The notes: generated from the sequence alone by a model not told the origin. DNA of 64,000 bases from Acidiferrobacterales bacterium (GCA_019633985.1 JAHQWE010000088.1:12956-76955), one strand, 5' to 3'; counted from the stretch's first letter, positions 39,644 to 49,301 are shown. Translations and numbers: made by a program.

Positions 39644-39678
39644 AAAATAAAAAGCCCCTGCTAATGCAAGGGCTTTTT
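39644..39678 (-). terminator. Rho-independent terminator after the formate dehydrogenase gamma gene (usable from either strand)
   Basis: GCCCCTGC-TAAT-GCAAGGGC hairpin (8 bp, one mismatch) flanked by AAAATAAAAA on one side and TTTTT on the other. The minus-strand transcript therefore ends hairpin + UUUUUAUUUU, 19 nt after the stop. Confidence 0.6.
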
Positions 39679-39696
39679 CACAGCGAGTGATTGAAA

Positions 39697-40788
39697 TCAG
39701 GTTGAGGTCGCTGTAGCTCCAGAAATTTCTGTTTCTTGTCTGCCAGCCTGATCCTTCACTTCTTCGTACCAGAGATCATGGTGTTGCTTCGCCCATTCTG
39801 CACTCACTCGACCACTTGTCATTCCTTCCAATGCACCTTCGGTACCTAGAGTACCGATATACGCATGGCCGAAGAAGCCTACAATCCAAATAATCGCCGC
39901 AATTGCGTGAATTTGATGGGCGAACTGCATCGTCGCTCTTCCACCATCAACCACACCATATTGTGCTGCCCAACCAATGAGTACCAGACCCGACCCACAA
40001 ACTGCAATAAGGCCGACAAAAATCACAATCCAATACCATAGTTTTTCGCCACCATTGAGCTTTCCCGCACTCGGGTGCGCATTGCCGATCAGACCACCGC
40101 CCTTGGCAAACCATTTCATATCGGTTCCGTTGGGAATATTGTTCTTAACCCAAACCAAAAGCATGGCAAAAACACCAAGCGCGAAAAACGGTCCTACGTA
40201 ATTATGTACCGTGATAGATAGATTTGCCCACATCCCAAAACCTTTCGCTCCGAGAAGCGGGATCAGTACCGCTCTGCCAAATAAAAGACTAAGGCCTGAG
40301 ATAGTCAGCAATACGAACAAAATGGCTGTGTACCAGTGCATCACCCTTTCCCAGGTTTTCCATCTCGGTACGGTTAAGCCAGAGCTTTCTTCCTCTACCT
40401 TTATCCTTCCACGTAACAAGAAAAAGAGAACGATCGCTCCCAGCCCCAAAACAATCGCCCAGCCGCCATAGTTGGCGATCACTCCATTGCGCAATTGACG
40501 CCAGTTTTGGCCGCCATTGTTAATGAACACGCCTGCTTCTGGACCAGATACTGAACTGTATCCAGGTTTTCCCTCACGAACCGCACGCCAAAAATTAGCG
40601 CGTTGATTATTATCGTTGTTAACCTGCGCATAAGCATCATCTGCGCTAAAAAGGTAAGAAGCGGTTGGCAAAATCGTCGCACTCATCACAATGAAGACGA
40701 ATGACCACAACATTGATTTCCAACGATTGCGAGCTTTCTTCACAGGTGCTTTGTCCATGGTGGTTTTGCTTTTAGTTTTTTGTTTCAT
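39697..40788 (-). CDS. Formate dehydrogenase gamma subunit (di-haem cytochrome b, FdnI-like, with N-terminal TM plus periplasmic extension)
   Basis: N-terminal anchor, a ~70-aa periplasmic segment, then four TM helices with conserved His (VMHWYTA, ITVHNYVGP, QIHAIAAIIW...GHAYIG). Confidence 0.8.
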   Translation of the reverse strand: MKQKTKSKTTMDKAPVKKARNRWKSMLWSFVFIVMSATILPTASYLFSADDAYAQVNNDNNQRANFWRAVREGKPGYSSVSGPEAGVFINNGGQNWRQLRNGVIANYGGWAIVLGLGAIVLFFLLRGRIKVEEESSGLTVPRWKTWERVMHWYTAILFVLLTISGLSLLFGRAVLIPLLGAKGFGMWANLSITVHNYVGPFFALGVFAMLLVWVKNNIPNGTDMKWFAKGGGLIGNAHPSAGKLNGGEKLWYWIVIFVGLIAVCGSGLVLIGWAAQYGVVDGGRATMQFAHQIHAIAAIIWIVGFFGHAYIGTLGTEGALEGMTSGRVSAEWAKQHHDLWYEEVKDQAGRQETEISGATATST

Positions 40789-40811
40789 AGTTTTGTCGCC
40801 CTATTAAGTTG

Positions 40812-40840
40812 CAAGATGAATAGATGAATCACTCATCTTG
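40812..40840 (-). promoter_or_regulatory. Intercistronic hairpin between the mini-lipoprotein and gamma genes
   Basis: Perfect 8-bp stem CAAGATGA/TCATCTTG with a 13-nt loop. The T-run lies on the plus-strand side only, so it is not a canonical terminator for the operon strand. Confidence 0.4.
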
Positions 40841-40897
40841 TTTTGTTTGTTCCCAAAAACCAGTTTGCAGACTAGGAGAGTCTCACAGCCAAGAAAA

Positions 40898-41077
40898 TCA
40901 GCGATCGCGCTGACCCTCAAGGCGGGTCTGCAACGCTTCCGCATCGGTTTTTAGGGAATCACTTGCGCCAAAATATTTTCCAGGTTCATGAAAGGTAACG
41001 TCAGAGGATTCCCAGCAGCCGGTTAACACCGCACTGAAAGAAATCAAAACAATCAGCCTGGCTATTTTTTTAATCAT
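40898..41077 (-). CDS. Mini-lipoprotein encoded inside the formate dehydrogenase operon
   Basis: MIKKIARLIVLISFSAVLTGCWESS has a signal peptide plus lipobox (L-T-G-C). About 59 aa from ATG 41077; the track start is GTG 41095. Confidence 0.55.
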   Translation of the reverse strand: MIKKIARLIVLISFSAVLTGCWESSDVTFHEPGKYFGASDSLKTDAEALQTRLEGQRDR

Positions 41078-41158
41078 TGTTTTAATTTGTCTCACTCATA
41101 ACCAAATATTGGATCAGGGTCTCGGTCGCAGCATTGTGGTTTCTGCTTTTGACCGCTT

Positions 41159-41188
41159 CCGGAGGAGAAGCGATGACTTCCCCTCCGG
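41159..41188 (-). promoter_or_regulatory. Strong intercistronic stem-loop between the beta-subunit and mini-lipoprotein genes
   Basis: CCGGAGGAGAAG-cgatga-CTTCCCCTCCGG: a 12-bp GC-rich stem with one mismatch. No U-tract follows on the coding strand. Confidence 0.5.
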
Positions 41189-41211
41189 TTCAAGCAAACC
41201 CCTTTCAGCGA

Positions 41212-41796
41212 TTAACTGCTGTAAGCAGTTTCCCAACCCCAGGTTTGAGGGCGTCCGCCTCTTTTGAGGATACGTTCACGATAGATATCAGCGACCATGT
41301 CACCGTCTCCCGCAATCAGTGCTTTGGTAGAACACATCTCCGCACAAAGTGGTAGCTTACCTTCTGCCATTCTGTTTCGACCGTACTTCTCTTTTTCGGC
41401 TGCAGAATTGTCATCGGCTGGACCGCCAGCGCAGAATGTACATTTATCCATCTTGCCACGGACACCAAAAGCCTCTTCTTGCGGATACTGCGGCGCACCA
41501 AAGGGGCATGCGTAGAAACAGTAACCACAACCAATACAAAGATCTTTATCGTGCAGCACAACGCCATCATCAGTGGTGTAAAAGCAATCTACCGGGCACA
41601 CCGCGGAACATGGTGCATCGGTACAGTGCATACAAGCAACCGAAATCGATTTCTCGCCTGCTTCGCCATCACCTAGCGTGATAACCCGGCGACGGTTCAC
41701 GCCCCACGGTACTTCATGCTCATTCTTGCATGCAGTCACACAGCCGTTACATTCAATACAACGCTCTGCATCGCACAAAAATTTCATTCTTGCCAT
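41212..41796 (-). CDS. Formate dehydrogenase beta subunit (4Fe-4S ferredoxin-type, no membrane anchor)
   Basis: Four Cys clusters: CIECNGCVTAC, CMHCTDAPCSAVCP, CIGCGYCFYACP and CTFC...C. Confidence 0.85.
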   Translation of the reverse strand: MARMKFLCDAERCIECNGCVTACKNEHEVPWGVNRRRVITLGDGEAGEKSISVACMHCTDAPCSAVCPVDCFYTTDDGVVLHDKDLCIGCGYCFYACPFGAPQYPQEEAFGVRGKMDKCTFCAGGPADDNSAAEKEKYGRNRMAEGKLPLCAEMCSTKALIAGDGDMVADIYRERILKRGGRPQTWGWETAYSS

Positions 41797-41813
41797 CGTT
41801 TTAATCCTCCAGC

Positions 41814-44681
41814 TTATGCGACTGAGATTTTACAGAGAGACACCTTAGTCTCCTGCATCTGGGTTACGGAATCGTAGCCGTAGGTAAAAGCAGTGTTCAC
41901 TGCTTCACCCCTTACATACGGCGCAGTTCCCTCGGGATACTTATCGTGCAAATCTTCACCCTGATAGTGCCCGCCAAAATGGAATGGCGCGGAAGCGACC
42001 CCTGGTGCTACGCGTTTGGTGACCATGGCCTTAACCTTGATCTTCGCGCCCTCGGGAGTCTCTATCCAGACCATGTTCCCATCCTTAACGCCATTGTCAT
42101 TAGCATCTTTGGGATTGATCTCTACGAACATTTCCTGCTGTAGCTCCGCCAGCCAAGGGTTAGAACGTGACTCATCTCCACCTCCCTCATATTCGACCAG
42201 TCTGAAGCTGGAGAAAATAATTGGGAATTCTTTTGAGTGATCCTCAGCCTGGATTGATGCATATCGCGTAGGCAACCGATAAAACCGCTTGCGATCTTCG
42301 TAAGTGGGGTATTTTTCAACCAACTCACGATCTGGCGCGTACAGAGGTTCCCGATGCACCGGTACCCGATCTGGGAAAGTCCAAACAATCGCTCTCGCTT
42401 TCGCGTTTCCAAACGGCGCACAACCATGTTTAATAGCAACTCTTTGAATGCCACCAGACAAGTCGGTCTTCCAGTTTTTGCCTTCCGCCGCTGCTTGCTC
42501 TTCTGGTGTCAGATCTTCCCACCACCCGAGGCTCTTCAACAAATCTGCTGAAAATTCCGGGTGTCCGTCCTGAATTTCGTTGCCTTTAGGCCAGGAATCC
42601 TCAGCAAGGATATTGTTGCCTTCATGCTCAACACCAAACCGGGCTCGGAAGTTCAAGCCGCCTTCCGCCACTGGCTTGCTAGGATCGTAGAGTACTGGTG
42701 TACCCGGATGACCCATCTCAGCCGTTCCCCAGCAAGGCCAGGGCATACCATAGTACTCCCCATCACAGGGACCGCCTTCGGCTTTCAAGGTTGTGGTGTT
42801 GAAAGTGTGTTTGTTTTCCATATGCTTTTTCAAGCGCTCTGGACTTTGACCGGTGTAGCCGATGGTCCACATACCCTTATTGAATTCACGAGTGATGTCT
42901 TCAATTAGCGGCTCATCACCATTGACCTGAATGTTTTTGCAGAACTGCTCTGCGAAGCCAAATTTTTTGGCAAACAGGTACATGATTTCATGGTCAGGCT
43001 TGGAGTCAAATAGCGGCTCGATGACTTTCTCACGCCACTGCAGAGAGCGGTTGGATGCCGTTACTGACCCATAAGTTTCAAACTGGGTAGTAGCAGGTAG
43101 CAACCAAACACCGTCTGTGCGATCGTTCAGTACCGCCGCATGGGTTGGATACGGGTCAATGATGACCATCATATCGAGCTTAGACATCGCCTTTTTCATC
43201 TCTGGGCCACGAGCCTGACTGTTCACCGCATGTCCGTTGTAAACCATGCAGCGAATGTTGTCTTTCTGGCCAATGCTTTCTTCCAAAACACCGTCGACCC
43301 ATCGAGAAACGGGAATGCCCCGGTAGTGCATCGGATGCACTGGTTTGCCTTTATCCCCTTCAACTTCTTCTGAACTGAACTGACCTTTGACCCACTCAAA
43401 GTCAAGGCCCCAGACTTTCGACCAATGCTTCCAAGATCCTGCACTTAAACCGTAGTAACCCGGTAGCGAGTGAGACAGAACGCAGAAGTCAGTCGCGCCT
43501 TGTACATTGTCGTGGCCGCGGAAAATATTGGCGCCGCCGCCTTCTTTACCGATATTGCCCAACGCCAGCTGGAAGGCGCAGTAGGCACGGGTGTTATTGT
43601 TACCAATTGTGTGTTGGGTACCCCCCATACACCACACAAAAGTTGCCGGACTATTTTTCGCCATCATTTCTGCGGCGGTCTTTACCACGTCTTCTGGCAC
43701 CCCAGTGACGCGCTCTGTTTCTTCTGGTGTCCACTTGGCAACTTCTGCCTGAACTTCATCCATTCCGTAAACACGCTGTCGGATGTATTCCTTATCTTCC
43801 CAGCCGTTTTCAAAGATGTGCCACATCATGCCCCAGATTATCGCGACATCCGTTCCCGGACGAATTTGCACGAAGTGATCAGCATGGGCTGCTGTTCGGG
43901 TGTAGCGAGGGTCGATAACCACCATTTTGGAGCCGTTTTCTTTAGCACGAAAAATGTGCTGCAGAGAAACCGGATGCGCTTCAGCAGGGTTGGACCCGAT
44001 AAACAACATACATTTACTGTTATGCATGTCGTTGTAGGAGTTGGTCATCGCACCGTAGCCCCAGGTGTTCGCTACCCCGGCTACTGTGGTGGAGTGACAA
44101 ATTCGTGCCTGGTGGTCAACGTTGTTGGTTCCCCACATCGCGGCAAACTTGCGGAACATATACGACTGTTCGTTGTTGTGCTTCGCAGAACCGAGCCAAT
44201 AAACGGAATCCGGACCAGACTCTTCCCGGATTTTCATCATGCCATCACCGATTTCGTTGATCGCATCGTCCCATGACATCTTCTTCCACTTGCCCCCAAC
44301 CAACTTCATCGGTGTTTTAAGGCGTTTTTCACCGTGACCATGTTCACGCACCGATGCACCTTTGGCGCAGTGGGCGCCGAGGTTGAAAGGCGAATCAAAA
44401 TCCGGCTCCTGACCGGTCCAAACACCATTTTGCACTTCTGCTCTTACTCCACAACCAACAGAACAGTGGGTGCAGACACTACGTTTAATGGTGATGTCAC
44501 CGCCCGCATCGGCACTCGCCGCATGGGCTTTCTTCACTCGGCCCGGGGCTAGCAGGGTTGCTGCAGCGCCAGTTCCTACCGCCAGACCGGAGCGCTTTAA
44601 GAAGGTTCGTCGGTCAACCGATTGACCGATTCCTGCAGGCGCTTTTACCTCGACTCCTGGCTGCTTTCTAATAAGTTTCAT
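41814..44681 (-). CDS. Formate dehydrogenase alpha subunit, periplasmic molybdopterin enzyme (FdnG-like, Cys instead of Sec)
   Basis: Start at ATG 44681 behind GGAGAAAG. Tat signal DRRTFLKRSGLAVG, FeS motif CTHCSVGCG, and active site HQARICHSTTV (E. coli FdnG has U at the Cys position). No in-frame TGA. Confidence 0.9.
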   Translation of the reverse strand: MKLIRKQPGVEVKAPAGIGQSVDRRTFLKRSGLAVGTGAAATLLAPGRVKKAHAASADAGGDITIKRSVCTHCSVGCGVRAEVQNGVWTGQEPDFDSPFNLGAHCAKGASVREHGHGEKRLKTPMKLVGGKWKKMSWDDAINEIGDGMMKIREESGPDSVYWLGSAKHNNEQSYMFRKFAAMWGTNNVDHQARICHSTTVAGVANTWGYGAMTNSYNDMHNSKCMLFIGSNPAEAHPVSLQHIFRAKENGSKMVVIDPRYTRTAAHADHFVQIRPGTDVAIIWGMMWHIFENGWEDKEYIRQRVYGMDEVQAEVAKWTPEETERVTGVPEDVVKTAAEMMAKNSPATFVWCMGGTQHTIGNNNTRAYCAFQLALGNIGKEGGGANIFRGHDNVQGATDFCVLSHSLPGYYGLSAGSWKHWSKVWGLDFEWVKGQFSSEEVEGDKGKPVHPMHYRGIPVSRWVDGVLEESIGQKDNIRCMVYNGHAVNSQARGPEMKKAMSKLDMMVIIDPYPTHAAVLNDRTDGVWLLPATTQFETYGSVTASNRSLQWREKVIEPLFDSKPDHEIMYLFAKKFGFAEQFCKNIQVNGDEPLIEDITREFNKGMWTIGYTGQSPERLKKHMENKHTFNTTTLKAEGGPCDGEYYGMPWPCWGTAEMGHPGTPVLYDPSKPVAEGGLNFRARFGVEHEGNNILAEDSWPKGNEIQDGHPEFSADLLKSLGWWEDLTPEEQAAAEGKNWKTDLSGGIQRVAIKHGCAPFGNAKARAIVWTFPDRVPVHREPLYAPDRELVEKYPTYEDRKRFYRLPTRYASIQAEDHSKEFPIIFSSFRLVEYEGGGDESRSNPWLAELQQEMFVEINPKDANDNGVKDGNMVWIETPEGAKIKVKAMVTKRVAPGVASAPFHFGGHYQGEDLHDKYPEGTAPYVRGEAVNTAFTYGYDSVTQMQETKVSLCKISVA

Positions 44682-44754
44682 TCTACTTTCTCCTGAACCA
44701 TTCACTGGTTCATCAGTTTTTCAAAAATACTGTTTTAAAAATTGGAACCGGGTT

Positions 44755-44967
44755 CTAAAAACGGGCCAAACGATAATACTCGCGCACATGTTTGGTCTCC
44801 TGGTATCCGAGACTTTGGCTCTTTTTGGTTTCACTGGTCGTTTCATCCGCAATGGCGTCAGTCGCGAGTACACCAGCCCCCGCTGCTGCAGAAGCAACCG
44901 CAGCGCCTTTGAGGAATTCTCTCCGCGCTGTTTGGGGTTTCTCTTTCTTTATGTCGGTGTCTTTCAT
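44755..44967 (-). CDS. Small Tat-signal protein ('formate dehydrogenase region TAT target' family)
   Basis: ARREFLKGAAVASAAAGAG twin-arginine signal in a 70-aa protein immediately upstream of the alpha subunit. I recall a family with this arrangement (TIGR02811 from memory, unchecked). Confidence 0.7.
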   Translation of the reverse strand: MKDTDIKKEKPQTARREFLKGAAVASAAAGAGVLATDAIADETTSETKKSQSLGYQETKHVREYYRLARF

Positions 44968-45065
44968 GGTTCCTACCTCATTTTTCTGAAATTCAAACGT
45001 TCAATTATTTAGTTAATGGATTCACTGTTGGTTCTGTTATCCCGGCTCATCATTCGCGCTGCTAT

Positions 45066-45734
45066 CTAATGATCCTGGATGTTTAAATATTGGTTCTCCA
45101 AAGCGATGAAGCGCTGACCCAGTATGCCCACCGCACGATAAAAATCAGCATTTTTTGCATTTTCGAGTTCGCTGAAAAACTTACCCGCCCAAGAGTAGAT
45201 ATGCTGTAGATAAAAACGCCGCTGCTGGTAGCTCTCGATATCATCTGCGGTAATCAAGATAGACATGGTTTCACAGATCGCTGCGATATGGTCTTCCGGC
45301 TCCTTTCGCTCAGGGTCCGATTCAAATCCCAAAGCTTTCAAATCAGCCCGCAGCTCTCCCAAAGGTTTGTCCATCAAAAACCCAGTGAGGTGCCAGGATG
45401 CGTAGGGGACGACTTCGCCTCGACCGAGGCCAACAAACAAAGCGTGATATTCGTCGTCCAGTTCAGTCAAACTGGATGTTCTAGCAGCAGCTTTAAGCCG
45501 TCGCCAGGCATCACCCACATTGTCTGCACTGTCTTGGGGGAGGTCTTCTTCATCGAGTGACTCGATACTTGAGATGTATTCGATCAGCTCTTTCGACGGA
45601 ACGTCGCTCAGCAGAGAAGCTAATATCGTGTAGGTACGGGAACGAGCCTGATCCTCGTCACGTATCAGTGTTTGCACTTGTTCACCGCCCGACAGATTTT
45701 GCTCATCCGCCGATAGCGACACTGTTTCCCGCAA
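45066..45734 (-). CDS. TorD/DmsD-family redox-enzyme maturation chaperone
   Basis: Size, helical character and RSRTYTILASLL...YHALFVG pattern fit the family. TTG start behind GGAGAG. Confidence 0.65.
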   Translation of the reverse strand: MRETVSLSADEQNLSGGEQVQTLIRDEDQARSRTYTILASLLSDVPSKELIEYISSIESLDEEDLPQDSADNVGDAWRRLKAAARTSSLTELDDEYHALFVGLGRGEVVPYASWHLTGFLMDKPLGELRADLKALGFESDPERKEPEDHIAAICETMSILITADDIESYQQRRFYLQHIYSWAGKFFSELENAKNADFYRAVGILGQRFIALENQYLNIQDH

Positions 45735-46088
45735 TTGCTCTCTCCAGAGGTGGTTGTCCGCCGCAAGTTAATTTTGCGGTTGGTATTACGTTCCTCGATT
45801 TACGATCAACGAACGTTTTTTTTAGTATTAGCCGGCTACTCTAACCAGACCTTTGTTACGATTCAAGCCGGTCTTACTTACCCGCACGTTGCACGCCTTA
45901 CACTCGCCGTGCTCCAAGCGGATTAAATCAGCTTATTCCTCCATAAAATCAGTATCTTGCGACTGCTTAAACGCCTTAAGGCAGAAAAGAGCATATAATG
46001 GGAGGAAAATATCCTAATAAAACGTAAATTTAAGAAAATTATCCTGCTTCCTAGGGCGTCAGGTGCACTTTAGATCGCTTTAATCACT

Positions 46089-47720
46089 TCAGGCAGATTC
46101 GTTGAACATATCTGCCACACGACAATCTTCACACATTCTCAATCGATTCAACGCTTCCGGTTTTTCAAACATCCAGTGCCCGCTCAATTTCTCGGTCATC
46201 CGATCAATCATGGCATTGGTCGCGAAAGGTTTATTACACTGGATGCAGCGAAATGGTTCTTCCTCTTTGAGAGCCCGTACTTTCTTTGCGGCAATACCAT
46301 CAAATAAAAAGCGCGGTGCCAAAGTGAGTGCACTCTCCGGACATGCAGTCGCACACAGTCCACACTGCAGACAATTGGCTTCGATAAACTTGAGCGCAGG
46401 GGACTCCCCTCCCGCTTCCAAAGCGCTGGCTGGACAAACTGAAACACATGCCATGCAGAGGGTGCAGGCATCGTAGTCGAGGGAAACCTCGCCAAATATA
46501 CTGTTCTCTGGCAATTTAGCATATTCGGGTTTGGCAACAGATTGTGCATAAAGGAATTCAAGGGCATTACGGATCAGCGCTCTCTTACTGCCAATACCAG
46601 CGTAAGTGGCAACAGTTTCCAATCGGCTTTCATCTTCTTTATCGCTGGAAAGCTCGACGACGTCGGAAATGATATTGAGTTCATAGCCATCCAGATTCAA
46701 TGTCCGGAGCAGGTCGTGGAGCAATGTCGCATCCCGCCCTACACTTGCGGCAATCTGTTCGCTCACCGTTTCGGGCACCAGTATATGAAGGCGGTTTGCA
46801 CCATATGCCAGTGCCGCGCTCATAAGGTCGAGTCCCACCGAGCCAATTTCCTCCACTTCCAGTGGCAAAACATGCTCGGGTAAGCCCTCACCTCCACGGA
46901 TAATTTTCTCTCCATGCTCAATGTCATAGATCAATAGTGAAATACCGCGAGACTCCCGGCGTTCGCGAAAATCGCGGGTCATCTGACGCAAAAACTCGAT
47001 TTGCTCTTCCGCCTGCGGATAGCGGTAGCTGATTGCCCCAGAAGGACAACTGGCAGTGCAACTCCCGCCGCCCTGGCAAAGATGCGGGTTGACTTCAATT
47101 TGCTCGCCGATGGAAATAATTGCATCGGTTGGGCATGCCTCAATACAGCGTCGACATCCTTGCAAACCACTGCGACCATGCGCGCAGATGTCTGGGTTGT
47201 AGTCAAAAAACTTGGGCTTTTCGAATTCCCCGATCAGCTCGGGAATCTGTGCCAGGGCCGCATCCAGCTTTTCGGTATCGCCGCCAGGAAAGTAATAACC
47301 CGGCGGCTTGATCGCAGCGCCGATCATGGCTGACTCACCGAGGTCAATAACCTGATCAAATAAGCCGTTAGCAACCCCGAGCATCACACCGATATTGGTC
47401 TGATCAGACTCCGCTTGGGAATGGCTTCCGGTAGGTAAATGCAAAGAAAAGCGACCCAGATACCCTTCCAGTTTTGCGCCAGAAAAGCGATCTTCGGCTG
47501 GGTCCATCGAAAAACATTCAACTGGAGCGGGCAAGGTCGATTCTATTTTTTCGACCTCTTCTCCATCACCAATAATCAAAACACGATTGGCAGCGGTGTA
47601 AGACACATTGGTTGTTGGGGTCGGTTGCCAGGGAATCGCGCTGAGCACTTGCTCACGAGCGGTTCCAGATTCAGAACTTGCGGTTAACGTTAACGCGATA
47701 GTGTCCAGATAGTTTGACAT
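46089..47720 (-). CDS. Multi-cluster 4Fe-4S ferredoxin-domain protein (polyferredoxin)
   Basis: Motifs CRRCIEACP, CQGGGSCTASCP, CTLCMACVSVCP and CLQCGLCATACP, plus a C-terminal CIQC...CEDC pair. Confidence 0.8.
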   Translation of the reverse strand: MSNYLDTIALTLTASSESGTAREQVLSAIPWQPTPTTNVSYTAANRVLIIGDGEEVEKIESTLPAPVECFSMDPAEDRFSGAKLEGYLGRFSLHLPTGSHSQAESDQTNIGVMLGVANGLFDQVIDLGESAMIGAAIKPPGYYFPGGDTEKLDAALAQIPELIGEFEKPKFFDYNPDICAHGRSGLQGCRRCIEACPTDAIISIGEQIEVNPHLCQGGGSCTASCPSGAISYRYPQAEEQIEFLRQMTRDFRERRESRGISLLIYDIEHGEKIIRGGEGLPEHVLPLEVEEIGSVGLDLMSAALAYGANRLHILVPETVSEQIAASVGRDATLLHDLLRTLNLDGYELNIISDVVELSSDKEDESRLETVATYAGIGSKRALIRNALEFLYAQSVAKPEYAKLPENSIFGEVSLDYDACTLCMACVSVCPASALEAGGESPALKFIEANCLQCGLCATACPESALTLAPRFLFDGIAAKKVRALKEEEPFRCIQCNKPFATNAMIDRMTEKLSGHWMFEKPEALNRLRMCEDCRVADMFNESA

Positions 47721-47784
47721 AACTCATATTGTTTGAAGGTCAATCCCATTAATTTTCTGAGGAAGTAAGCGCTTGATCAGTGGT

Positions 47785-48498
47785 TCAGGAATGTGGCGAT
47801 GAATCCGGTTCATTATCAGTTTCAGCCGCGATCTGATCGTCGCTGAGCGGCGACTCGGTTGGGGATTGGTCTTGTTCATCAACATCGGTAGTAACGTCTT
47901 GATCCAAAGCCTCTCCAGACTCTTCTTCTGCTGCTAGAGTCTCTTGTTTTAAAGCCTCCTCATCATGATGCTCAACGGACTCATCTGCTGCCTCTGATTC
48001 TGCAAGCGCTTTTAGGCGCTTTTCCTCTTCCACTTCGGCACGATGTTTCATATCGCAGGTAACAATATCTCCCAAGGGTGCAAAATTGGTGAAGTCTTCA
48101 TCATAGTCATCTAGTCCGTCTCGAATATTGAAGCCGGCGCCGGCAAACAGCTTTCTCAGCGCTAATTTGCGTAATTTGTCGCTGACACCAGGAGACATAA
48201 ACCCGGTGAAGTCACTACCCTCATTGAGGGTATCAATCTCCGGCATATCCGCATCAGTCAAAATGGGCTCCCGCTCTTCGGAGTGGGCGAGCTCTTCTTT
48301 AAGTCTGTCAGCTTCCACTGTCGTCGACATTCGGCCTGTAGTAGCGCCCGGCATCACCGTATTCAAAGGGATTTTCGGGAGGCTCTCGCTCTCGATGTTC
48401 CCCTCGGCACCCTCATCAGGTTTGTCTTCCTCCAATTTTCGACGCGACCACCGGGAAACAAAACCTTCGTTTTCGTGTGATTGATCTTTGATACTCAA
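47785..48498 (-). CDS. DUF3306-family protein
   Basis: N-terminal GFVSRWSRRK motif as recalled for DUF3306. The rest is an acidic low-complexity tail. TTG start. Confidence 0.6.
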   Translation of the reverse strand: MSIKDQSHENEGFVSRWSRRKLEEDKPDEGAEGNIESESLPKIPLNTVMPGATTGRMSTTVEADRLKEELAHSEEREPILTDADMPEIDTLNEGSDFTGFMSPGVSDKLRKLALRKLFAGAGFNIRDGLDDYDEDFTNFAPLGDIVTCDMKHRAEVEEEKRLKALAESEAADESVEHHDEEALKQETLAAEEESGEALDQDVTTDVDEQDQSPTESPLSDDQIAAETDNEPDSSPHS

Positions 48499-48603
48499 CT
48501 GCGTTTTTCCTATTTTCTATTTAAAGACATATCTTTGGTACCAAGTGATCGATCACCCGCCGGGATATTGCTGACCGAGTAGCGCCGACCCAACAGCGAC
48601 GAA

Positions 48604-48636
48604 GGCTCAAAACACTACGGATTACCGTGTTGAGCC
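48604..48636 (-). promoter_or_regulatory. Intercistronic hairpin between the DUF3305 and DUF3306 genes
   Basis: GGCTCAAAACAC ... GTGTTGAGCC forms about 10 paired bases with a small bulge. Nearby is a perfect 12-bp palindrome GTGATCGATCAC at 48545..48556. Confidence 0.3.
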
Positions 48637-48675
48637 GAAAAGGATAAAACGGTATACACATTGCTTCCTTCGCAA

Positions 48676-49260
48676 TCATGGTTTACTCACCGGTTCTTGC
48701 ACAGCTGATTTGGTTTCAGAATTGCCGGAAATCTCATTTGGCTTATTGACATACAGAGAATCGTCCAGCCAGTCACGCCGTTTTCTCTTCTTCTTAATCG
48801 CCGGTTCATAGTGATCCACTACATATCGTTCCAGTAAGTCTCTAATTGGTTCAGGCATTGCTACAGATAAAACAATGTCATCTGATTCCAGGTGTCCTGT
48901 GGCTTCGTCCTGGTTGGCCGTAATAAACACTGGCTCAATTTGTTTCGCGTCTTGCTCACCCTCACAGACCACGAATAAGTAGGGTTCCTCAGAAAGCAGG
49001 TTATACCAATACCCTTCACTACCGTCTTTGTACAGTTCCAGCAACAAGCCGCCGTGAAAACTGGTGATCGAGTCACTGGTATCAGACTCTTCCGGATAGC
49101 CATCAGCTTCATCTATCGCATTACCAGTGAGCACCTTTTCGATATTCCAGGTCGGGTATCCCCACTTTTTGGTCCGATCGATTTCTCGGCGCAACACAAC
49201 TGCGACAGGTATTTTGATGCGCGAGTCCGTCTCAATAATCTGCGTAGAGATTTCAGTCAT
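48676..49260 (-). CDS. DUF3305-family protein
   Basis: 194-aa ORF. The family assignment comes from its position next to the DUF3306 gene and polyferredoxin, and from memory of the family; not checked. Confidence 0.55.
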   Translation of the reverse strand: MTEISTQIIETDSRIKIPVAVVLRREIDRTKKWGYPTWNIEKVLTGNAIDEADGYPEESDTSDSITSFHGGLLLELYKDGSEGYWYNLLSEEPYLFVVCEGEQDAKQIEPVFITANQDEATGHLESDDIVLSVAMPEPIRDLLERYVVDHYEPAIKKKRKRRDWLDDSLYVNKPNEISGNSETKSAVQEPVSKP

Positions 49261-49301
49261 CGCATTCTTGGGCCAAAGAAGTTATCCCGATATGGTCTCT
49301 C

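Noticed and set aside
43470-44276. A 268-aa plus-strand ORF, and several others at 41946..44552, inside the FDH alpha gene.
   Set aside because: These are shadow ORFs antisense to a strongly supported 955-aa molybdoenzyme gene. Their translations are low-complexity, His/Arg/Val-rich, and carry no motifs.
41814-44681. Possible selenocysteine (in-frame TGA plus SECIS) in the formate dehydrogenase alpha subunit.
   Set aside because: The frame is uninterrupted. The position equivalent to Sec in E. coli FdnG is a Cys codon (HQARICHSTTV), so this is a Cys-type enzyme.
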